Shown here one piece after another: positions 18,716 to 33,130 of a DNA stretch of 64,000 nucleotides. Numbering within the stretch: the stretch's first letter is position 1; each line of letters starts with the position of its first letter. Position numbers and translations under genes: made by a program. A model generated the notes under the pieces. It made no database searches. It was not told where the DNA came from and saw only the letters and a list, made by a program, of their open reading frames with translations. Origin of the DNA: an uncultured Gammaproteobacteria bacterium (lineage in GTDB: Bacteria; Pseudomonadota; Gammaproteobacteria; UBA6002); contig CAVPKM010000013.1 in NCBI GenBank assembly GCA_963705725.1, forward strand, positions 96,001-160,000, read 5' to 3'.

Positions 18716-20577
18716 TTAAATGCCGTTGGCCAGGGTCTGGTTAGAAGTTTGATTTGAATTTTTAAAAGCCTGTTTTTGTTCACAATAAGGTGAAAACCAC
18801 TGATAAATGTCAGTGTATTGCTTTTGTTTTTTTGATAAATTAGCAGGCCTGCGACTGCTGGTATTACAAGCGTTTTGTTGTGTATCTACCTTACTGGATT
18901 TAGTCGGTTGATTGAGAAGCTGATAAATAGAAGTTGCATTAGTAAAAGGGATGGGCTGCAGAAAATAGGGCTTTTTAGATTTTTGTTGTTTATTCTGCTT
19001 CAGAATATGGCGGGGCCCGAGTTTCAATAACGTTTTTGTAAAGGAAAAAGTAAGGTGATAAAATTTCAAATCTTTGTTTTTTGATAGCAAGTTTTTAAGT
19101 GTTGAAAAAAGTTTTGTGTCTTCATTCGAGGCAAGGGCTTGATTGAGCGCATCATGTAAGCAGCCCAGTAATTTCAGTTGTTTGTTTATATAATGATTGT
19201 CAATTCCGTGCAATTTTTTATAAACCCAAGAACCGGATAATTCCGTCATAAGGAAATTAAGATGCTCCCACATCTCATCGCGGATTTTTTCTTGAAATTC
19301 GCTGCTAAAGGATTGGTTCAACCAATGTTCTTTGAAATACGCAAAAACCATTTCTTTAATGGGATTTTTTAGAGCATGCATGTAGGTAAAAACATTTTTT
19401 CCATGACTATCTACAGCAGTTAATTGACTGAAATTAAATGCACTCCCAAACAAACGAAATAAAATTACCAGGTATAAAGAATTATCTGAATCATTATTGA
19501 TGTGAGTAAGTAAAAATTGTAAAAAAGTTTGATGTTGATAAGAAAGGTCTAAGAATGTTTGTTTTTTATTGTTTCGTAAGTTGCAATCTGCACCTGCTGA
19601 AAGTAATTTGCAAGCCAACGTATACTTGCCTTGCGTAATGAGATAGTGCAACAAACCATTACCCATTGAGTCTTGAGAGTCAATCGCCGAAATTTGATGA
19701 TTATTTTGATGAAAAATATCGATTGCTTTTTTGTGTAAAAAAAGTGCTGTTTCAAATTGCCCTGATTGAATAGCAAGGTGCATTAAATTATCGCCTGAAC
19801 AAATATCGATATAATTTAAATCAATTTTAAATAAGAATGCAGTTGCAAGTTGATGTCGCTTTACGAAAACAGAAAATTGAGAAAGAAATCGATATTTTTT
19901 TTCTTGGTGGGTGCCAACCTCTGAGGCTCTTTCTTTCTGTAATTTTATTAAATCTTCCAGCAATGAATTTAAGTTTTTTTCTGAATTTATTATTTGATTT
20001 TCTGTGCTTGAAATTTTTTTAAGTAAATCTTCATAATATCCTTGGGCTTGCTGCTCTGTTGTTCCCTTAAAATTAAAGCAAGTCTCTATCGATAATATGC
20101 CAATTTTATCGGTGAATTGTTTGTGTAATTTGACGCGCAGAGCAAGATCAACTGAAACAATTTTTCCTAAATGATTAATTTCTTGGTTGTTTGCTAGCAT
20201 GTGGCGATGGTCAAGTTGCCATTTTCTCAAGGTTTGCCAGGTGCGAAAATCTATTTCAGTTTGTAAATTATCGACAAAATTTTCATCAAGTAACTGATGG
20301 GGAAATTCTTGGAAATAGTTTACATTACGACCCAGCCTTTCGTAGTGGATAGATAAAATTTCGGCTTGCTGGCGGTAAATGTGTGCTTTATATTCAAGCA
20401 GCATCAGCTTTTCTCGAAAATTGATGACATCCCATTCTTTAGAGAGGAGTGCTGGTTTAATCGGGAGTTCAATGAATATCTCTAATGCTTCAACATCCCC
20501 TTTGGAAATCATTGTTTTGATTAATTGCTCGGGGTTGCTAGAAAGTTCAAACATATATAGAGGATTAGCCCGCAACA

Positions 20578-20578
<1 letters not shown>
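18716..20578 (-). CDS. Ankyrin-repeat and coiled-coil protein, candidate effector
   Basis: GDNLMHLAIQSG, MGNGLLHYLITQG...GADCNLRNNK; start overlaps the wrbA stop. Confidence 0.75.
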
Positions 20579-21195
<617 letters not shown>

Positions 21196-21276
21196 TTATT
21201 TGCATCAGCCTGCCTTTAATCATGCCAGTGGTTAGGATAAACTCCGTTTCTTTGCACAGATAATGAGAGAGATAAA

Positions 21277-22209
21277 ATGATAATAACAAAAAAAATAAAA
21301 AAGCTCCTTAATTTAATAACTTTTGCTTTGTTACTCAAACCTTCAGCTTTATTAGCCTTGACTTTTGCATTGCCGGAAAATGGGAATGATGTGGTAGGGA
21401 GTATTTCCACCGGCATTGTGCAGCCAAATGATAATTTTTCAACGATTGCAAGACGTTATGATGTGGGTTACTGCGAGCTTCAGGAAGCAAATCCAGGTGT
21501 AAATCCAGATGCGCCTCAGGCTGGGAGTGTATTGATTATTCCTACTCAATATATTTTACCCGATGTGCCAAGGGATGGCATGGTCATCAATCTAGTTGAA
21601 ATGCGTTTATATTTTTACCCCTCAAACAAGCGCGAGGTTTATATTTTCCCGGTTGGAATTGGTCGTGAAGGGTGGGAGTCTCCCTTGGGAGTGTGGTCGA
21701 TAATTGAACGCACGCCATTACCGACTTGGCATGCGCCTGAATCGATTCGAGAAGCAAGGGCTAAGGATGGGGTTCATATTCCGAAGGAAGTTCCTCCAGG
21801 ACCTGATAACCCGCTAGGTGATTATGCAATGCGTTTATCAAATCATACTTATCTTATTCATGGAACAAATGATCCATCTGGAGTAGGAAGAAGAAGTAGT
21901 GCTGGATGTATTCGAATGTATCCAGAAGATATTAAAAAATTGTTTCAAATGACACACAATGGTTTAGCTGTTCGTATTATCAATTATCCCTATAAAGCAG
22001 GTTGGGCCGACAATAAGCTTTTCCTGGAAACGCATTGGCCTTTAAATGGTATCTTGGCAGAATTAGATGCCAATCACAAAGATGCTCAGTTTGTGCTAAA
22101 AAGAGCGGTTAATCAGCGTGGAGCAGCTTATATAAATTGGGAAAAAGCCGAGAAAGTGGCGAATGAACGACAGGCTATTCCTCAAGAAGTAGGGCGTGTG
22201 GCCAGCTAA
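21277..22209 (+). CDS. L,D-transpeptidase (ErfK/YbiS family) with LysM
   Basis: GPDNPLG, YLIHGTN, SAGCIRM. Confidence 0.95.
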   Translation: MIITKKIKKLLNLITFALLLKPSALLALTFALPENGNDVVGSISTGIVQPNDNFSTIARRYDVGYCELQEANPGVNPDAPQAGSVLIIPTQYILPDVPRDGMVINLVEMRLYFYPSNKREVYIFPVGIGREGWESPLGVWSIIERTPLPTWHAPESIREARAKDGVHIPKEVPPGPDNPLGDYAMRLSNHTYLIHGTNDPSGVGRRSSAGCIRMYPEDIKKLFQMTHNGLAVRIINYPYKAGWADNKLFLETHWPLNGILAELDANHKDAQFVLKRAVNQRGAAYINWEKAEKVANERQAIPQEVGRVAS

Positions 22210-22229
22210 TTATCCGTAACCGCTCCTTG

Positions 22230-22266
22230 GTCGTTCCGCGGGCAAGCCAGCTGCCGCGGGACGGCG
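22230..22266. repeat. GC-rich REP-like palindrome between convergent genes
   Basis: GTCGTTCCGCGG...CCGCGGGACGGC; its reverse complement resembles the element at 33696. Confidence 0.55.
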
Positions 22267-22282
22267 TGAGCAACTGAATGTT

Positions 22283-23986
22283 TCAAGTTAAATGGTCTTG
22301 CAAGGATTGGAGATAGCTTTCTAGTGGCAAATAAATAGACGTTTCTTCTTTGCGAGCTTTGTATTCAATCATGCCTTGTTGCAAGTTTTTTTCGCTAACT
22401 ACAAGGCGGTGAGGGATACCAATCAAATCGATGTCGGCAAACATTGCGCCTAATCTTTCGTCTCTATCATCAAATAATACTTCTATTCCGCTTTCCAGTA
22501 GCTCTAGGTAAATTTTCTCGCAGGTTTTTCTAGTTATTTCAGAGCGATATAAATTAACAGGAACGAGTGCGACTTGAAATGGAGCCATGCCCGTTGGCCA
22601 AATAATACCGCGTTCATCGTGGCATTGTTCAATAGCTGCGGCGACTATTCTTGATACACCAATCCCGTAGCAGCCCATGGTAGGATGGAGGGCTTTTCCC
22701 TGTTCATCTAAAATTGTTGCGGCCATTGCCTCACTGTATTTTCGTCCTAATTGAAATATATGACCGATTTCAATTCCTCGAGCAAGCTGCAGCTTGCCGA
22801 TACCATCCGGGCTATCATCACCAGGCAAGACTGAACGGATGTCAGCAATTTGTCCAAGTGGTAAATCTCTTTCCCAGTTAACATTGACTAGATGGGTATC
22901 ATCATGATTTGCCCCACATACAAAATCAGATACGACTGCAGCAGCTTTATCCACAATGAATTCTAAAGGCAAATTAACTGGGCCAATCGAGCCTGGTTTG
23001 CAGCCTAAAATTTCTACGCAGGCTTCGGGTGAAATAAGCTGAAGTGGCTGAGCGAGTTGTTCCAGTTTAGCGGCTTTAACCAGATTTAGTTCATGATCGC
23101 CACGCAGTACTAAGCCGATAACTGATTTTTCCTTGCCTGCAACTAATAGAGTTTTAATAATTTTTTCTTTTGGCAAATTGAGAAAGGTGCTGACTTCTTC
23201 AATAGTAGATTGTGAAGGCGTGTTGACTGATCGCATTTCACCTGTGGGGGAAAGAGGGGTTGGTTTGGTTAAGGCTTCTGCTCGCTCAATGTTTGCTGCA
23301 TAAGAGCCGGTGTCACTAAATGCCAATAAGTCCTCGCCAGACTCGGCTAATGCATGAAACTCATGTGAGAGGCTGCCGCCGATACTTCCGGTATCAGCTA
23401 GCACAGCCCTGAATTTAAGCCCGAGCCGAGTAAAAATATGGGTGTAAGCTGAATACATGTCATCATAAGTTTTTTGCAAGGAGGATTCATTGAGATGGAA
23501 AGAATAAGCATCCTTCATGATAAATTCTCGCGCGCGCATTATTCCAAAGCGGGGCCTGATTTCATCACGAAACTTTGTTTGAATCTGATAAAGCGTAAGA
23601 GGAAGTTGCTTGTAGGAGCGAACCTCATTTCTGATCAGATCAGTGATCACTTCTTCATGCGTGGGACCAAAACAAAAAAAGCGATGATGTCGATCTTGAA
23701 TTTTTAATAGCTCGTTACCAAAACGTTCCCAGCGCTCTGTTTCTTGCCAGAGTTCTGCAGGCTGAATGGCAGGCATAAGCACTTCGAGTGCTCCAATTTT
23801 ATTCATTTCATCGCGTACGACATTTTCTACTTTTTGTAATACACGCAGGCCAAGGGGTAGCCAGGTATAGATGCCGGCTGAAAGCTTTCGTATCATGCCA
23901 GCTCTTAACATGAGCTGATGGCTTTTGACCTGCGCATCAGCAGGAATTTCTTTTTGAGTCACTAAAAAATACTGGCTTAGGCGCAT
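22283..23986 (-). CDS. proS: Proline--tRNA ligase
   Basis: [36 protein letters not shown]. Confidence 0.99.
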   Translation of the reverse strand: MRLSQYFLVTQKEIPADAQVKSHQLMLRAGMIRKLSAGIYTWLPLGLRVLQKVENVVRDEMNKIGALEVLMPAIQPAELWQETERWERFGNELLKIQDRHHRFFCFGPTHEEVITDLIRNEVRSYKQLPLTLYQIQTKFRDEIRPRFGIMRAREFIMKDAYSFHLNESSLQKTYDDMYSAYTHIFTRLGLKFRAVLADTGSIGGSLSHEFHALAESGEDLLAFSDTGSYAANIERAEALTKPTPLSPTGEMRSVNTPSQSTIEEVSTFLNLPKEKIIKTLLVAGKEKSVIGLVLRGDHELNLVKAAKLEQLAQPLQLISPEACVEILGCKPGSIGPVNLPLEFIVDKAAAVVSDFVCGANHDDTHLVNVNWERDLPLGQIADIRSVLPGDDSPDGIGKLQLARGIEIGHIFQLGRKYSEAMAATILDEQGKALHPTMGCYGIGVSRIVAAAIEQCHDERGIIWPTGMAPFQVALVPVNLYRSEITRKTCEKIYLELLESGIEVLFDDRDERLGAMFADIDLIGIPHRLVVSEKNLQQGMIEYKARKEETSIYLPLESYLQSLQDHLT

Positions 23987-24114
23987 GTGTTTGCTCTCAT
24001 ATTTAAGATAGGCGTAGGAAATTCTAATGTTATCCACAAGCGAAGGTAATTGCTATTTTTATATTGAAAATGTATTTTTGTAGGTTTGCTATTAGATGCT
24101 GAGGGGGTTTTATC

Positions 24115-24381
24115 ATGCCATTTTATGAATATCGTTGTAAAAATTGTCATCATGAGTTAGAAGTAATGCAAAAAATTTCGGATTCGCCTTTATCCGATTG
24201 CCCAAATTGTGGTAAGAATGGCTTAGACAAAATCATTTCTGCAGCGGGGTTCCAGTTAAAAGGAACTGGCTGGTACGTCACAGACTTTAGAAATAGCAGT
24301 AAGAGTAAACCAGATACGACCACTAAGACAGAGGGCACCCGTGAATCCAAATCAGACCCCAAACCCTCAAAACCAGACTAA
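24115..24381 (+). CDS. FmdB-family zinc ribbon protein
   Basis: MPFYEYRC..C...CPNCG...FQLKGTGWYVTDF. Confidence 0.92.
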   Translation: MPFYEYRCKNCHHELEVMQKISDSPLSDCPNCGKNGLDKIISAAGFQLKGTGWYVTDFRNSSKSKPDTTTKTEGTRESKSDPKPSKPD

Positions 24382-24394
24382 AAAAAAGACCAAT

Positions 24395-25027
24395 ATGCTG
24401 CGGCGTTATTTTATTGCAGGCTTATTGGTATTGTTACCAATTTGGGTCACCTTGTTGATTTTAAATTTTGTAGTCGGGTTAGTTGACCAAAGCCTTTCAT
24501 TGCTTCCGCGAGAAACGCAACCAGATGTTTTACTTGGCGTACATATTCCTGGCCTGGGCTTACTTTTTGCGATTACCATTATATTTTTGACTGGCATGTT
24601 AGTCACTAATTTCGTTGGAAATTGGTTTCTTAATTTATGGGAAGGGTTATTAGCCAAGATTCCTTTAGTCCGTTCTATCTACATGGCAGTAAAGCAAGTC
24701 TTAAATACCATGTTTACTCCAGGTGGGGAATCTTTTCGAAAAGTTTTGTTAGTAGAGTATCCGCGTAAAGAAATGTGGGCGATTGCCTTTCAGACAGGTT
24801 CAAGTTTTCCCATTCCAAAAGCTAATGACGAGAATGAATATCTAACGGTATTTGTTCCCACCACACCCAATCCTACAGGTGGCTTCTTGCTGGTTGTTGC
24901 CAAGAAAGAAGTCATTGAATTAAAAATGAGCATTGACCAGGCGTTGAAATATATTATTTCTTTAGGTGTGGTTATGCCGCCTTCGATGGCAGGGCATAAA
25001 ATAAAAGAAAACAGAGAATCTATTTAA
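24395..25027 (+). CDS. DUF502 membrane protein
   Basis: [28 protein letters not shown]. Confidence 0.92.
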   Translation: MLRRYFIAGLLVLLPIWVTLLILNFVVGLVDQSLSLLPRETQPDVLLGVHIPGLGLLFAITIIFLTGMLVTNFVGNWFLNLWEGLLAKIPLVRSIYMAVKQVLNTMFTPGGESFRKVLLVEYPRKEMWAIAFQTGSSFPIPKANDENEYLTVFVPTTPNPTGGFLLVVAKKEVIELKMSIDQALKYIISLGVVMPPSMAGHKIKENRESI

Positions 25028-25040
25028 TCAGGAAAAAAAT

Positions 25041-26819
25041 ATGCGTAGTCATTATTGCGGTCAGGTAACGGAGTCATTAATCGATACGGAAGTTGAGGTC
25101 TGCGGTTGGGTCCATCGACGTCGTGATCATGGAGGAGTGATATTCATTGACCTTCGTGATATTAAAGGTCTGGTTCAAATCGTTGTCTATCCTGAACAGA
25201 AAGAAGCTTTTAAACTAACAGAAACAGTGCGCAGTGAGTACGTAATTAAGGTCCTTGGCACCGTGCAGCAAAGGCCAGCAGGAACGACCAATAAAGACCT
25301 TCCTACGGGTCAGGTCGAAGTAATAGCAAAGGAAATAGTTATCCTTAATCCAGCTGAAGTAGTGCCATTTCGTATAGATGAATTCCAAGAGATAAGCGAA
25401 GAAATTCGTCTTAAATATCGTTATATCGATTTACGACGAACTGAAATGACAGCGCGCATAGTATTTCGAGCAAAAGCTATTCGGTTATTAAGACATTTTC
25501 TCGATGAGCATGATTTTATTGATATCGAAACACCGGTGTTAACCAAATCAACCCCGGAAGGTGCACGTGATTATTTAGTGCCAAGTCGTGTTAATCCAGG
25601 TAGTTTTTATGCTTTGCCACAATCACCACAAATTTTTAAGCAGTTATTAATGGTGGCAGGTCTCGACCGTTATTACCAAGTAGTTAAGTGTTTTCGAGAT
25701 GAGGATTTGCGAGCGGATAGGCAACCTGAATTTACCCAGCTCGATATTGAAATGTCCTTTATCGATGAAGAAACGATCCAAAAGCTAATGGAAAAGATGA
25801 TCCGAAAACTTTTCCTTGAATTATTAGACGTTGCCCTCCCCGACCCTTTTCCGAAAATGACCTATGCAGAAGCAATCACGCGTTTTGGTGTTGATCGTCC
25901 AGATTTGCGAATTCCACTTGAGCTCATTGATGTTAAAGATTTATTGCAAGAAGTGGAGTTTAAGGTTTTTGCTGAGCCGGCCAAAGATGCTCAATGTCGA
26001 GTCACAGCACTTTGTTTGCCAGGGGGAGCAGAGTTAAGTCGTAAAGAAATAGAGGCATATACGAAGTTCGTTTCCAACTTTGGTGCGAAAGGATTAGCCT
26101 ATATTAAAGTGATTGCAATAGAACAAGGCCCAGATGGGTTACAATCTCCCATTATTAAATTTTTACCAGAAGCGGTTACCCAGAGTATTTTGCAGCGTGT
26201 GAATGCCAAAAACGGGGATATTATCTTTTTTGCAGCAGATAAAGCCAGCGTAGTGAATGACGCATTGGCCGCACTTCGAGTCAAGCTTGGCCATGATCGT
26301 GGTTTAGTTGAAGGTGGATGGCGACCCGTATGGATAGTGGATTTCCCTATGTTTGCTTATGATGAGCTGACAAAGCGTTGGGAATCTTTGCACCATCCTT
26401 TTACGGCGCCTACCTTGAATGACCCAGAAGCCCTGTTAACTCATCCGGAAAGCTGTTTATCACGTGCTTACGATATGGTGCTAAATGGAATTGAGATTGG
26501 TGGTGGCTCTATTCGTATTGATAATATTACCTTGCAAAAAGCGGTATTTAAACTGCTGGGATTATCTGAAGAAGAGGCTCATAGCCAATTTGAACATTTG
26601 TTATCCGGACTGAAGTTTGGCGCTCCTCCGCACGGTGGGATCGCATTTGGCATCGATCGATTACTGATGTTAATGATGGGATGCAAATCTATTCGAGATG
26701 TCATTGCTTTTCCTAAAACACAGTCAGCACATTGCCCATTAACGCGCGCACCTTCAGAAGTCAGCAACCAACAACTGCTAGAGTTAGGTTTAAAATTGAG
26801 AAAGCTGGACACGAAATAA
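25041..26819 (+). CDS. aspS: Aspartate--tRNA ligase
   Basis: [33 protein letters not shown]. Confidence 0.99.
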   Translation: MRSHYCGQVTESLIDTEVEVCGWVHRRRDHGGVIFIDLRDIKGLVQIVVYPEQKEAFKLTETVRSEYVIKVLGTVQQRPAGTTNKDLPTGQVEVIAKEIVILNPAEVVPFRIDEFQEISEEIRLKYRYIDLRRTEMTARIVFRAKAIRLLRHFLDEHDFIDIETPVLTKSTPEGARDYLVPSRVNPGSFYALPQSPQIFKQLLMVAGLDRYYQVVKCFRDEDLRADRQPEFTQLDIEMSFIDEETIQKLMEKMIRKLFLELLDVALPDPFPKMTYAEAITRFGVDRPDLRIPLELIDVKDLLQEVEFKVFAEPAKDAQCRVTALCLPGGAELSRKEIEAYTKFVSNFGAKGLAYIKVIAIEQGPDGLQSPIIKFLPEAVTQSILQRVNAKNGDIIFFAADKASVVNDALAALRVKLGHDRGLVEGGWRPVWIVDFPMFAYDELTKRWESLHHPFTAPTLNDPEALLTHPESCLSRAYDMVLNGIEIGGGSIRIDNITLQKAVFKLLGLSEEEAHSQFEHLLSGLKFGAPPHGGIAFGIDRLLMLMMGCKSIRDVIAFPKTQSAHCPLTRAPSEVSNQQLLELGLKLRKLDTK

Positions 26820-26838
26820 TATTAAAAAAGAGATAATT

Positions 26839-27563
26839 ATGGCTGGGCATAGTAAATGGGCAAATATTCAACACCGTAAAAAAGCGCAGGATGCCAAACG
26901 CGCTAAAGTCTTTACCCAGATTGATTCGTCATATTACTGTCGCTGCTCGAAAAGGAGGGAAGACCCGAATCCAATCCTTGGCTTAGAACTGCTATTTATA
27001 AAGCGCTTGCACAAAATATGACCAAGGATGTCATTGAGCGAGCAATCAAAAGGGGGGTAGGCGCTGACCAAGATGAAATGGAAGAAGTTTGTTATGAAGG
27101 TTACGGCGTCGGGGGTGTAGCAATGTTGGTCGATTGCTTAACGGATAACCGTAATAGAACAGTCGCAGAAGTTAGGCATGCTTTTACTAAGTGCGGTGGA
27201 AATTTAGGAACGGAAGGTTCTGTTGCTTATTTGTTTACAAAACAAGGGGTTATTCTTTTTCTCGCTGGCGTCGATGAAAATAAATTAATGGAAATCTCGT
27301 TAGAAATGGGCGCATTAGATATTAAAACAGAAGAAGATGGGAGCGTGGCCATTTATACCTCTCCTGAAAATTATGAGATTGTTCACAATGCCTTAGTATC
27401 AGCAGGTTTTACGCCTCAAAGTAGTGAAGTTTGTATGTTAGCGATGAATGAAGTGCAGTTAACTGAAGAAAATACCGAAAAAATAATCAAGTTGATCGAT
27501 ATGTTAGAAGAGCTGGATGATGTTCAAAACGTTTATACCAATGCAAATATAATAGAAAAGTAA
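26839..27563 (+). CDS. yebC: YebC/PmpR family regulator, frameshifted in this sequence
   Basis: [14 protein letters not shown] and YEGYG...TDNRNRT lie in different frames. Confidence 0.9.
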
Positions 27564-27590
27564 CGGCACGTTGTTAAAACGGAAAAGTGG

Positions 27591-28073
27591 TTGATGATTA
27601 TTCTTGGAATTGATCCAGGCTCTTGTATAACCGGTTATGGAATTATCGAAACGCACGCCAGTCGCTACAAATATGTTGCGAGTGGTTGTATTCGAACGAA
27701 AGGCGAAGAGGTCTGTGATAAGTTATATCAAATTTATGAAAAGTTATCGACAATAATTGGGCAATATAGGCCTGATCAAGCAGCGATTGAAAAAATTTTT
27801 TTCAAAAATAACGTAGATTCTGCATTTAAACTCGGGCAAGCGAGGGGGGCGGCTTTTGTGGCAGTAGCGACTTATCGAATTCCATTATCAGAATATACGC
27901 CAAGAGCGGTAAAAAAAAGTGTGGTGGGTTATGGCGCAGCAGACAAGCAACAAGTTCAAAGAATGATGAAAACATTGCTCTGCCTTTCAGCTCTGCCACA
28001 AGTTGATGCTGCCGATGCGTTAGCAATTGCACTTTGTCATGCAAGCTATGCAAGACAAGGAGAATTAAAATGA
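27591..28073 (+). CDS. ruvC: Holliday junction resolvase RuvC
   Basis: ILGIDPG, KLGQARG, DAADALAIALCH. Confidence 0.97.
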   Translation: MMIILGIDPGSCITGYGIIETHASRYKYVASGCIRTKGEEVCDKLYQIYEKLSTIIGQYRPDQAAIEKIFFKNNVDSAFKLGQARGAAFVAVATYRIPLSEYTPRAVKKSVVGYGAADKQQVQRMMKTLLCLSALPQVDAADALAIALCHASYARQGELK

Positions 28074-28672
28074 TTAGTTTCTTAAGGGGAACACTCTATT
28101 ATAAAAAACCGCCATTACTTATTATCGATATGCAGGGAATCGGATATGAGTGTCAGGCATCGATGTCAACTTTTTATCACTTGCCAGAAATTGGATATGA
28201 AATTTTACTTTATACGCATTTAGTTATCCGAGAGGATGCGCATGCCTTATATGCCTTTTTCAAAGAGCAAGAAAAAACGATTTTTAAGGCGTTAATTAAA
28301 ATCAGTAATGTGGGTCCTAAGTTAGCGCTTGCCATTCTATCTGGCATTCCATTCGATCAGTTTGTTAAATGTATTGTAGAGCAAGATATATCAGCATTGA
28401 CACCTATTCCCGGAATTGGCAAGAAAACGGCAGAGCGGTTATTAATCGAACTTCGTGATAGGGCAAAAAATTGGGATTTCCAAACATTAGAAGTTGGAAA
28501 TTTTATCACTAAAGAAAAAGAAGACAGTCGGGTGAAGGATGCAATCAGCGCATTAGTTGCACTTGGATTTAAAACCGCAGAAGCCAGCCGTTTAATTGGA
28601 GCGATAACATTAAACGATGAAACAACAGAAGAGCTAATACGTTTAGCATTAAAACACACAAGGCAAGTATGA
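28070..28672 (+). CDS. ruvA: Holliday junction branch migration protein RuvA
   Basis: [28 protein letters not shown]. Confidence 0.97.
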   Translation: MISFLRGTLYYKKPPLLIIDMQGIGYECQASMSTFYHLPEIGYEILLYTHLVIREDAHALYAFFKEQEKTIFKALIKISNVGPKLALAILSGIPFDQFVKCIVEQDISALTPIPGIGKKTAERLLIELRDRAKNWDFQTLEVGNFITKEKEDSRVKDAISALVALGFKTAEASRLIGAITLNDETTEELIRLALKHTRQV

Positions 28673-29691
28673 TCACCCCAGATCGTTTGATAAGCGCACA
28701 GGCGCGAAATGAAGATGAAACAATTGATAAAGCGATTAGACCTAAAAAACTTGTGGACTATATCGGACAAGATAGCGTCAGAAGTCAGATGGAGGTATTT
28801 ATTCAAGCTGCAAAAAATCGAGGTGAATCTTTAGATCATGTTTTGATTTTTGGTCCTCCAGGCCTTGGGAAAACCACGCTTGCTGCAATTATTGCTAACG
28901 AAATGGGAGCATCTTTGAAGCAAACATCTGGCCCCGTACTGGAGAAGGCGGGAGATGTTGCGGCATTACTGACTAATTTGGAACCAGGTGACGTCCTCTT
29001 CATCGATGAAATTCACCGCTTAAGCCCTTATGTAGAAGAAGTTCTCTATCCTGCAATGGAAGATTTTCAACTGGACATTATGATCGGAGAAGGACCAGCT
29101 GCAAGGTCAATAAAATTAGATATCCCTTCCTTTACCTTGATTGGGGCAACAACTCGCGCTGGTCTATTGACTTCTCCGCTTAGGGATCGCTTTGGAATTG
29201 TTGAGCGACTCGAATTTTATCAGGTAGAAGATTTAGTTCATATTATCAGTCGTTCAGCAAAAATATTGAACGTGGTCCTTGAGGAAGGTGGAAGCAGGGA
29301 GATCGCAAGGCGTTCTCGTGGAACGCCCCGGATAGCCAATCGCTTGTTACGACGAGTAAGAGATTATGCAGAAGTAAAGGCAGATGGAAAAATTACCAAG
29401 GCGATTGCTGAGCAAGCATTGAATCTTCTTGATGTAGATCAATATGGATTAGATATGATGGATAGAAAACTATTGCTTGCTGTCATTGAACGTTTTGGAG
29501 GCGGTCCAGTTGGAATTGATAGCATGGCGACTGCAATCAGCGAAGAAAGAGGCACAATCGAAGATGTACTAGAGCCGTATCTGATTCAGTTAGGATTTTT
29601 ACAACGTACTGCTCGTGGCAGAATAGCAACACGAAATGCCTACTTACATTTTGGTTTAACTCTACCCAGCCACCTTGGAGAAACATCATGA
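28669..29691 (+). CDS. ruvB: Holliday junction helicase RuvB
   Basis: [22 protein letters not shown]. Confidence 0.99.
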   Translation: MITPDRLISAQARNEDETIDKAIRPKKLVDYIGQDSVRSQMEVFIQAAKNRGESLDHVLIFGPPGLGKTTLAAIIANEMGASLKQTSGPVLEKAGDVAALLTNLEPGDVLFIDEIHRLSPYVEEVLYPAMEDFQLDIMIGEGPAARSIKLDIPSFTLIGATTRAGLLTSPLRDRFGIVERLEFYQVEDLVHIISRSAKILNVVLEEGGSREIARRSRGTPRIANRLLRRVRDYAEVKADGKITKAIAEQALNLLDVDQYGLDMMDRKLLLAVIERFGGGPVGIDSMATAISEERGTIEDVLEPYLIQLGFLQRTARGRIATRNAYLHFGLTLPSHLGETS

Positions 29692-30368
29692 CAACAGACA
29701 CAAGCATTTGGAGTTTTATTGCTAATGCCGGGCCTGTCGTAAAGGCTGTCATGCTGCTTTTGATTTCCGCTTCTGTGGTTGCTTGGGGGATTATTTTTCA
29801 GAGAGCTAAATTATTAAAAAATGCAAAAACCTCATTGATAGAATTTGAGAATAAATTTTGGTCAGGAGTAGATCTAAATCAGCTTTATCAGGGTTTAAAT
29901 CAAGACAAGCAAGAGTTATTTGGTTTAGAGAGTATTTTTTTTGCGGGTTTCAATGAATTTTTGCGACTACGTCAACGTGGGTTACGGATAGAAGTCATGA
30001 TTGAAGGGGTGCAGCGCGCAATGCGAGTTGCGCATGCAAGAGAGCAGGATAAATTAGAAAACCAGTTAGCATTTTTAGCAACAGTCGGTTCAACTAGTCC
30101 TTATGTAGGGTTGTTTGGAACGGTGTGGGGAATTATGACTGCCTTTCAAGCACTAGGGCATGTCTCTCAAGCCAGTATTGCCATGGTAGCACCAGGCATC
30201 TCTGAGGCATTAATTGCAACAGCAATGGGGCTGTTTGCTGCTATCCCAGCTGTCGTCGCCTATAATCGATATTCGACCGTAGTGGACAAATTATCCAATC
30301 AATATCATACCTTTTTAGAAGAATTCACTAGCATTTTACATCGGCAAGCTGTTCCAGAAAGAGAATGA
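29688..30368 (+). CDS. tolQ: TolQ
   Basis: [26 protein letters not shown]. Confidence 0.97.
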   Translation: MTTDTSIWSFIANAGPVVKAVMLLLISASVVAWGIIFQRAKLLKNAKTSLIEFENKFWSGVDLNQLYQGLNQDKQELFGLESIFFAGFNEFLRLRQRGLRIEVMIEGVQRAMRVAHAREQDKLENQLAFLATVGSTSPYVGLFGTVWGIMTAFQALGHVSQASIAMVAPGISEALIATAMGLFAAIPAVVAYNRYSTVVDKLSNQYHTFLEEFTSILHRQAVPERE

Positions 30369-30790
30369 AAATGAAAATAGTGCGTAAACAAATCGCTGAA
30401 ATCAATGTTGTTCCTTACATCGATGTCATGTTGGTTCTCTTAGTTATTTTTATGATTACCGCTCCTCTCCTATCACAAGGGGTGAGTGTCAATTTGCCTA
30501 AGGCAGCTGCTAAGCCGTTGGCGCAAAAAGAACCCATTATTGTCAGCATTAATGAAGCGGGCCAATACTTCTTGAATTTAGGGGCGGATCCTAGACAAGT
30601 AAGAAGTCAAGAAGAGATTAAAAACGAAGTATCAAAAGCATTAAGCATGGCGAAACAAAAAGGTGAGTTACAAAGTATTTATGTAAAAGGCGATAAACAA
30701 GTGAATTATGATAAAGTTATGCAAGTCATGGTGTTGCTGCAACAAGCTGGAGCAGAAACTATTGGTTTGATTACTCAAGAACCCGATTAG
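30365..30790 (+). CDS. tolR: TolR
   Basis: EINVVPYIDVMLVLLVIFM. Confidence 0.97.
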   Translation: MKMKIVRKQIAEINVVPYIDVMLVLLVIFMITAPLLSQGVSVNLPKAAAKPLAQKEPIIVSINEAGQYFLNLGADPRQVRSQEEIKNEVSKALSMAKQKGELQSIYVKGDKQVNYDKVMQVMVLLQQAGAETIGLITQEPD

Positions 30791-30791
30791 T

Positions 30792-31747
30792 ATGAATAGG
30801 TCAAGCGTCAAACTTTCTGCTAAAAGTTCAATCATTTATTCATTATTTCTACATTTAATTATATTTGGGTTGCTTTTTATTCACTTTTCGCCAGAAAAAA
30901 AAGGATCTTATCATCAGTGAGAATCGTACAGGCTACGATGATTAATCAACACTCACTATTTCCAGAAGCAACGAACAGAATTGAATCTTCGAAGCAAAAT
31001 GAGTTAGTATCAAAAGTTGAACCCTTGCCTCAAAAATCGATTAGACAAATTGAGCAGTTCGCATTGAAACAATCCGATACGAACCTCCCTCTAGCCAAAC
31101 CATTGGAACTTAATCGATCAACAAGGGCGACTGAAGAAATCAAGGAGAGCATTAAACCAAAAGAAACTTTACTGCAGGCTCCCAAACTTAATAAGTTAAT
31201 TGAAAAAAATGAACAGCTTATCAAGCAAAAAGCAGAATTAAAAAAACAAGAAAAACAACTTGCGATAAAGCAAAAAGCAGCTGAAATTAAAGAAATTAAA
31301 TTAGCAAAAGAACGGCAGAAAAAAGCAGAAGCGCTTGCGAAGGAATTAGAGTCAGAAGTCATCGCTAGCAGCAAAAAAAATGAAGACGCAACAGAGAGTG
31401 ATTCTCCAAAAAAAAGTGATGATGCGGCGGAAGTGACTGCAAATGCAGAAAAAGGTGAAATCGATAAATATAAACAATTAATTGTAACAGCCATTGGACG
31501 AAGGTGGCTAATGCCTGAAGTAGGAGAAGCAGCACTGGCTTGCCAGGTCTTGGTCAACGTTGGGCCAGGGGGTATTGTACTTAGCGTCGATATTATCAAG
31601 GGAAGCGGAAATAGTCAGTTAGATCATTCTGCTACGAGTGCCATTATGAAATCATCACCCTTGCCTGTTCCAGACGATCGCAATTTATTTGACAATTTTA
31701 GAGCCCTGCGGTTAACTTTCCGTCCAAAAGGCATTGTTACCAATTAA
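30792..31747 (+). CDS. tolA: TolA, apparent one-base deletion in the A8 run at 30895-30902
   Basis: N-terminal TM with SLFLH from ATG 30792; Lys/Ala/Glu-rich helix; TolA-C domain SSPLPVP. Confidence 0.88.
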
Positions 31748-31777
31748 ACTTGACGACAACGTAAACGGGGAACCGCA

Positions 31778-33091
31778 ATGCGCCATTTTTTAAAATTATT
31801 TTGCCTGCTACTACTGATTACTCCCTTTTCGATAAAGGCTGCGGTAGATTTAGAACTGACAGAGGGGGTGAAAAGCGCACTGCCAATTGCGGTTATTCCC
31901 TTTGGTGGCAATGATGCGTCAACTGAATTACTCGACATGGCTGCGGTCGTGAATGCAGATTTACAAAATAGTGGTCGTTTTCATCCACTTGATCGAACCA
32001 AAATGCAGGAAAAACCACAAAATGTAGATCAAGTTAATGCCAAAACCTGGCAAAGTATGGGTGTGGATAATCTGGTTGTCGGTTCTATCAAGCCGATGAA
32101 TGGAAAATATCAAGTTAATATCCAATTGATAGATGTCTTTGCAGGAAAAAAAGGTGAGGGTTCCCGTTCTTCAACCTTACTACTTGATAAACAATTTCAA
32201 GTGGCGCCATCTGGAATGCGCAGACTCGCGCATCATATCAGTGATATAATTTATGAAAAATTAACAGGTGAAAAAGGTATATTTTCTACACATATTGTTT
32301 ATGTTGTTGTTGAAAAAAATAATAATATACCCATTCGCTATCGCCTCGAAGCATCAGATATTGATGGGTTTAATCCAAGAAATTTACTTGTTTCAAAAGA
32401 GCCTATTATGTCGCCTGCTTGGTCTCCTGATGGAACTAAGATTGCCTACGTTTCTTTCGAAAAAGAGCGAGCGGGTATTTATGTACAAGAAATTGCAACT
32501 GGGTCTCGTCGATTAGTAAGCGATTACCAAGGAATCAACGGTGCGCCGGCTTGGTCTGCAGATGGGACGCAACTTGCTTTTACGCTTTCAAAAGAAGGAA
32601 CGCCGCGGATTTATACATTGAATTTAGTTTCAAATAGCTTAACTCAAAGAACAAGCGGTAATGCAATAGATACCGAGCCCAGCTGGTCTCCAGATGGCAA
32701 GACAATCATCTTTACATCAAACCGAAGTGGTGGGCCACAAATTTATAAAATTGATTTATCTTCAGGTAATGTGCAACGGGTGACTTTTGAAGGCAATTAT
32801 AATGCAAGCGGGATATTTTCACCGGATGGCAAGAATATTATTATGTTGCATCAAGAAAATGGGGCATACCACATTGCTACCCAAAATACTCAAACTGGAA
32901 AAATTGAGATTTTGACTCAAACCGGAAGAGACCAATCACCCAGCATTGCGCCAAATGGCAGCATGGTGATTTTTGCAACAAAGGCAGGGCGAAGTCAGGT
33001 GCTCGCAATAGTATCAACGAATTCTCATGTCCAATTAAGATTGCCGGCAAGAGGAGGAGATGCTAGAGAGCCAGATTGGTCTCCATTTTAG
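31778..33091 (+). CDS. tolB: TolB
   Basis: ADLQNSG, PD40 repeats (SPAWSPDG). Confidence 0.97.
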   Translation: MRHFLKLFCLLLLITPFSIKAAVDLELTEGVKSALPIAVIPFGGNDASTELLDMAAVVNADLQNSGRFHPLDRTKMQEKPQNVDQVNAKTWQSMGVDNLVVGSIKPMNGKYQVNIQLIDVFAGKKGEGSRSSTLLLDKQFQVAPSGMRRLAHHISDIIYEKLTGEKGIFSTHIVYVVVEKNNNIPIRYRLEASDIDGFNPRNLLVSKEPIMSPAWSPDGTKIAYVSFEKERAGIYVQEIATGSRRLVSDYQGINGAPAWSADGTQLAFTLSKEGTPRIYTLNLVSNSLTQRTSGNAIDTEPSWSPDGKTIIFTSNRSGGPQIYKIDLSSGNVQRVTFEGNYNASGIFSPDGKNIIMLHQENGAYHIATQNTQTGKIEILTQTGRDQSPSIAPNGSMVIFATKAGRSQVLAIVSTNSHVQLRLPARGGDAREPDWSPF

Positions 33092-33130
33092 CTTGAAACT
33101 TTAATATTAATATATAAATAAGGTGCGACA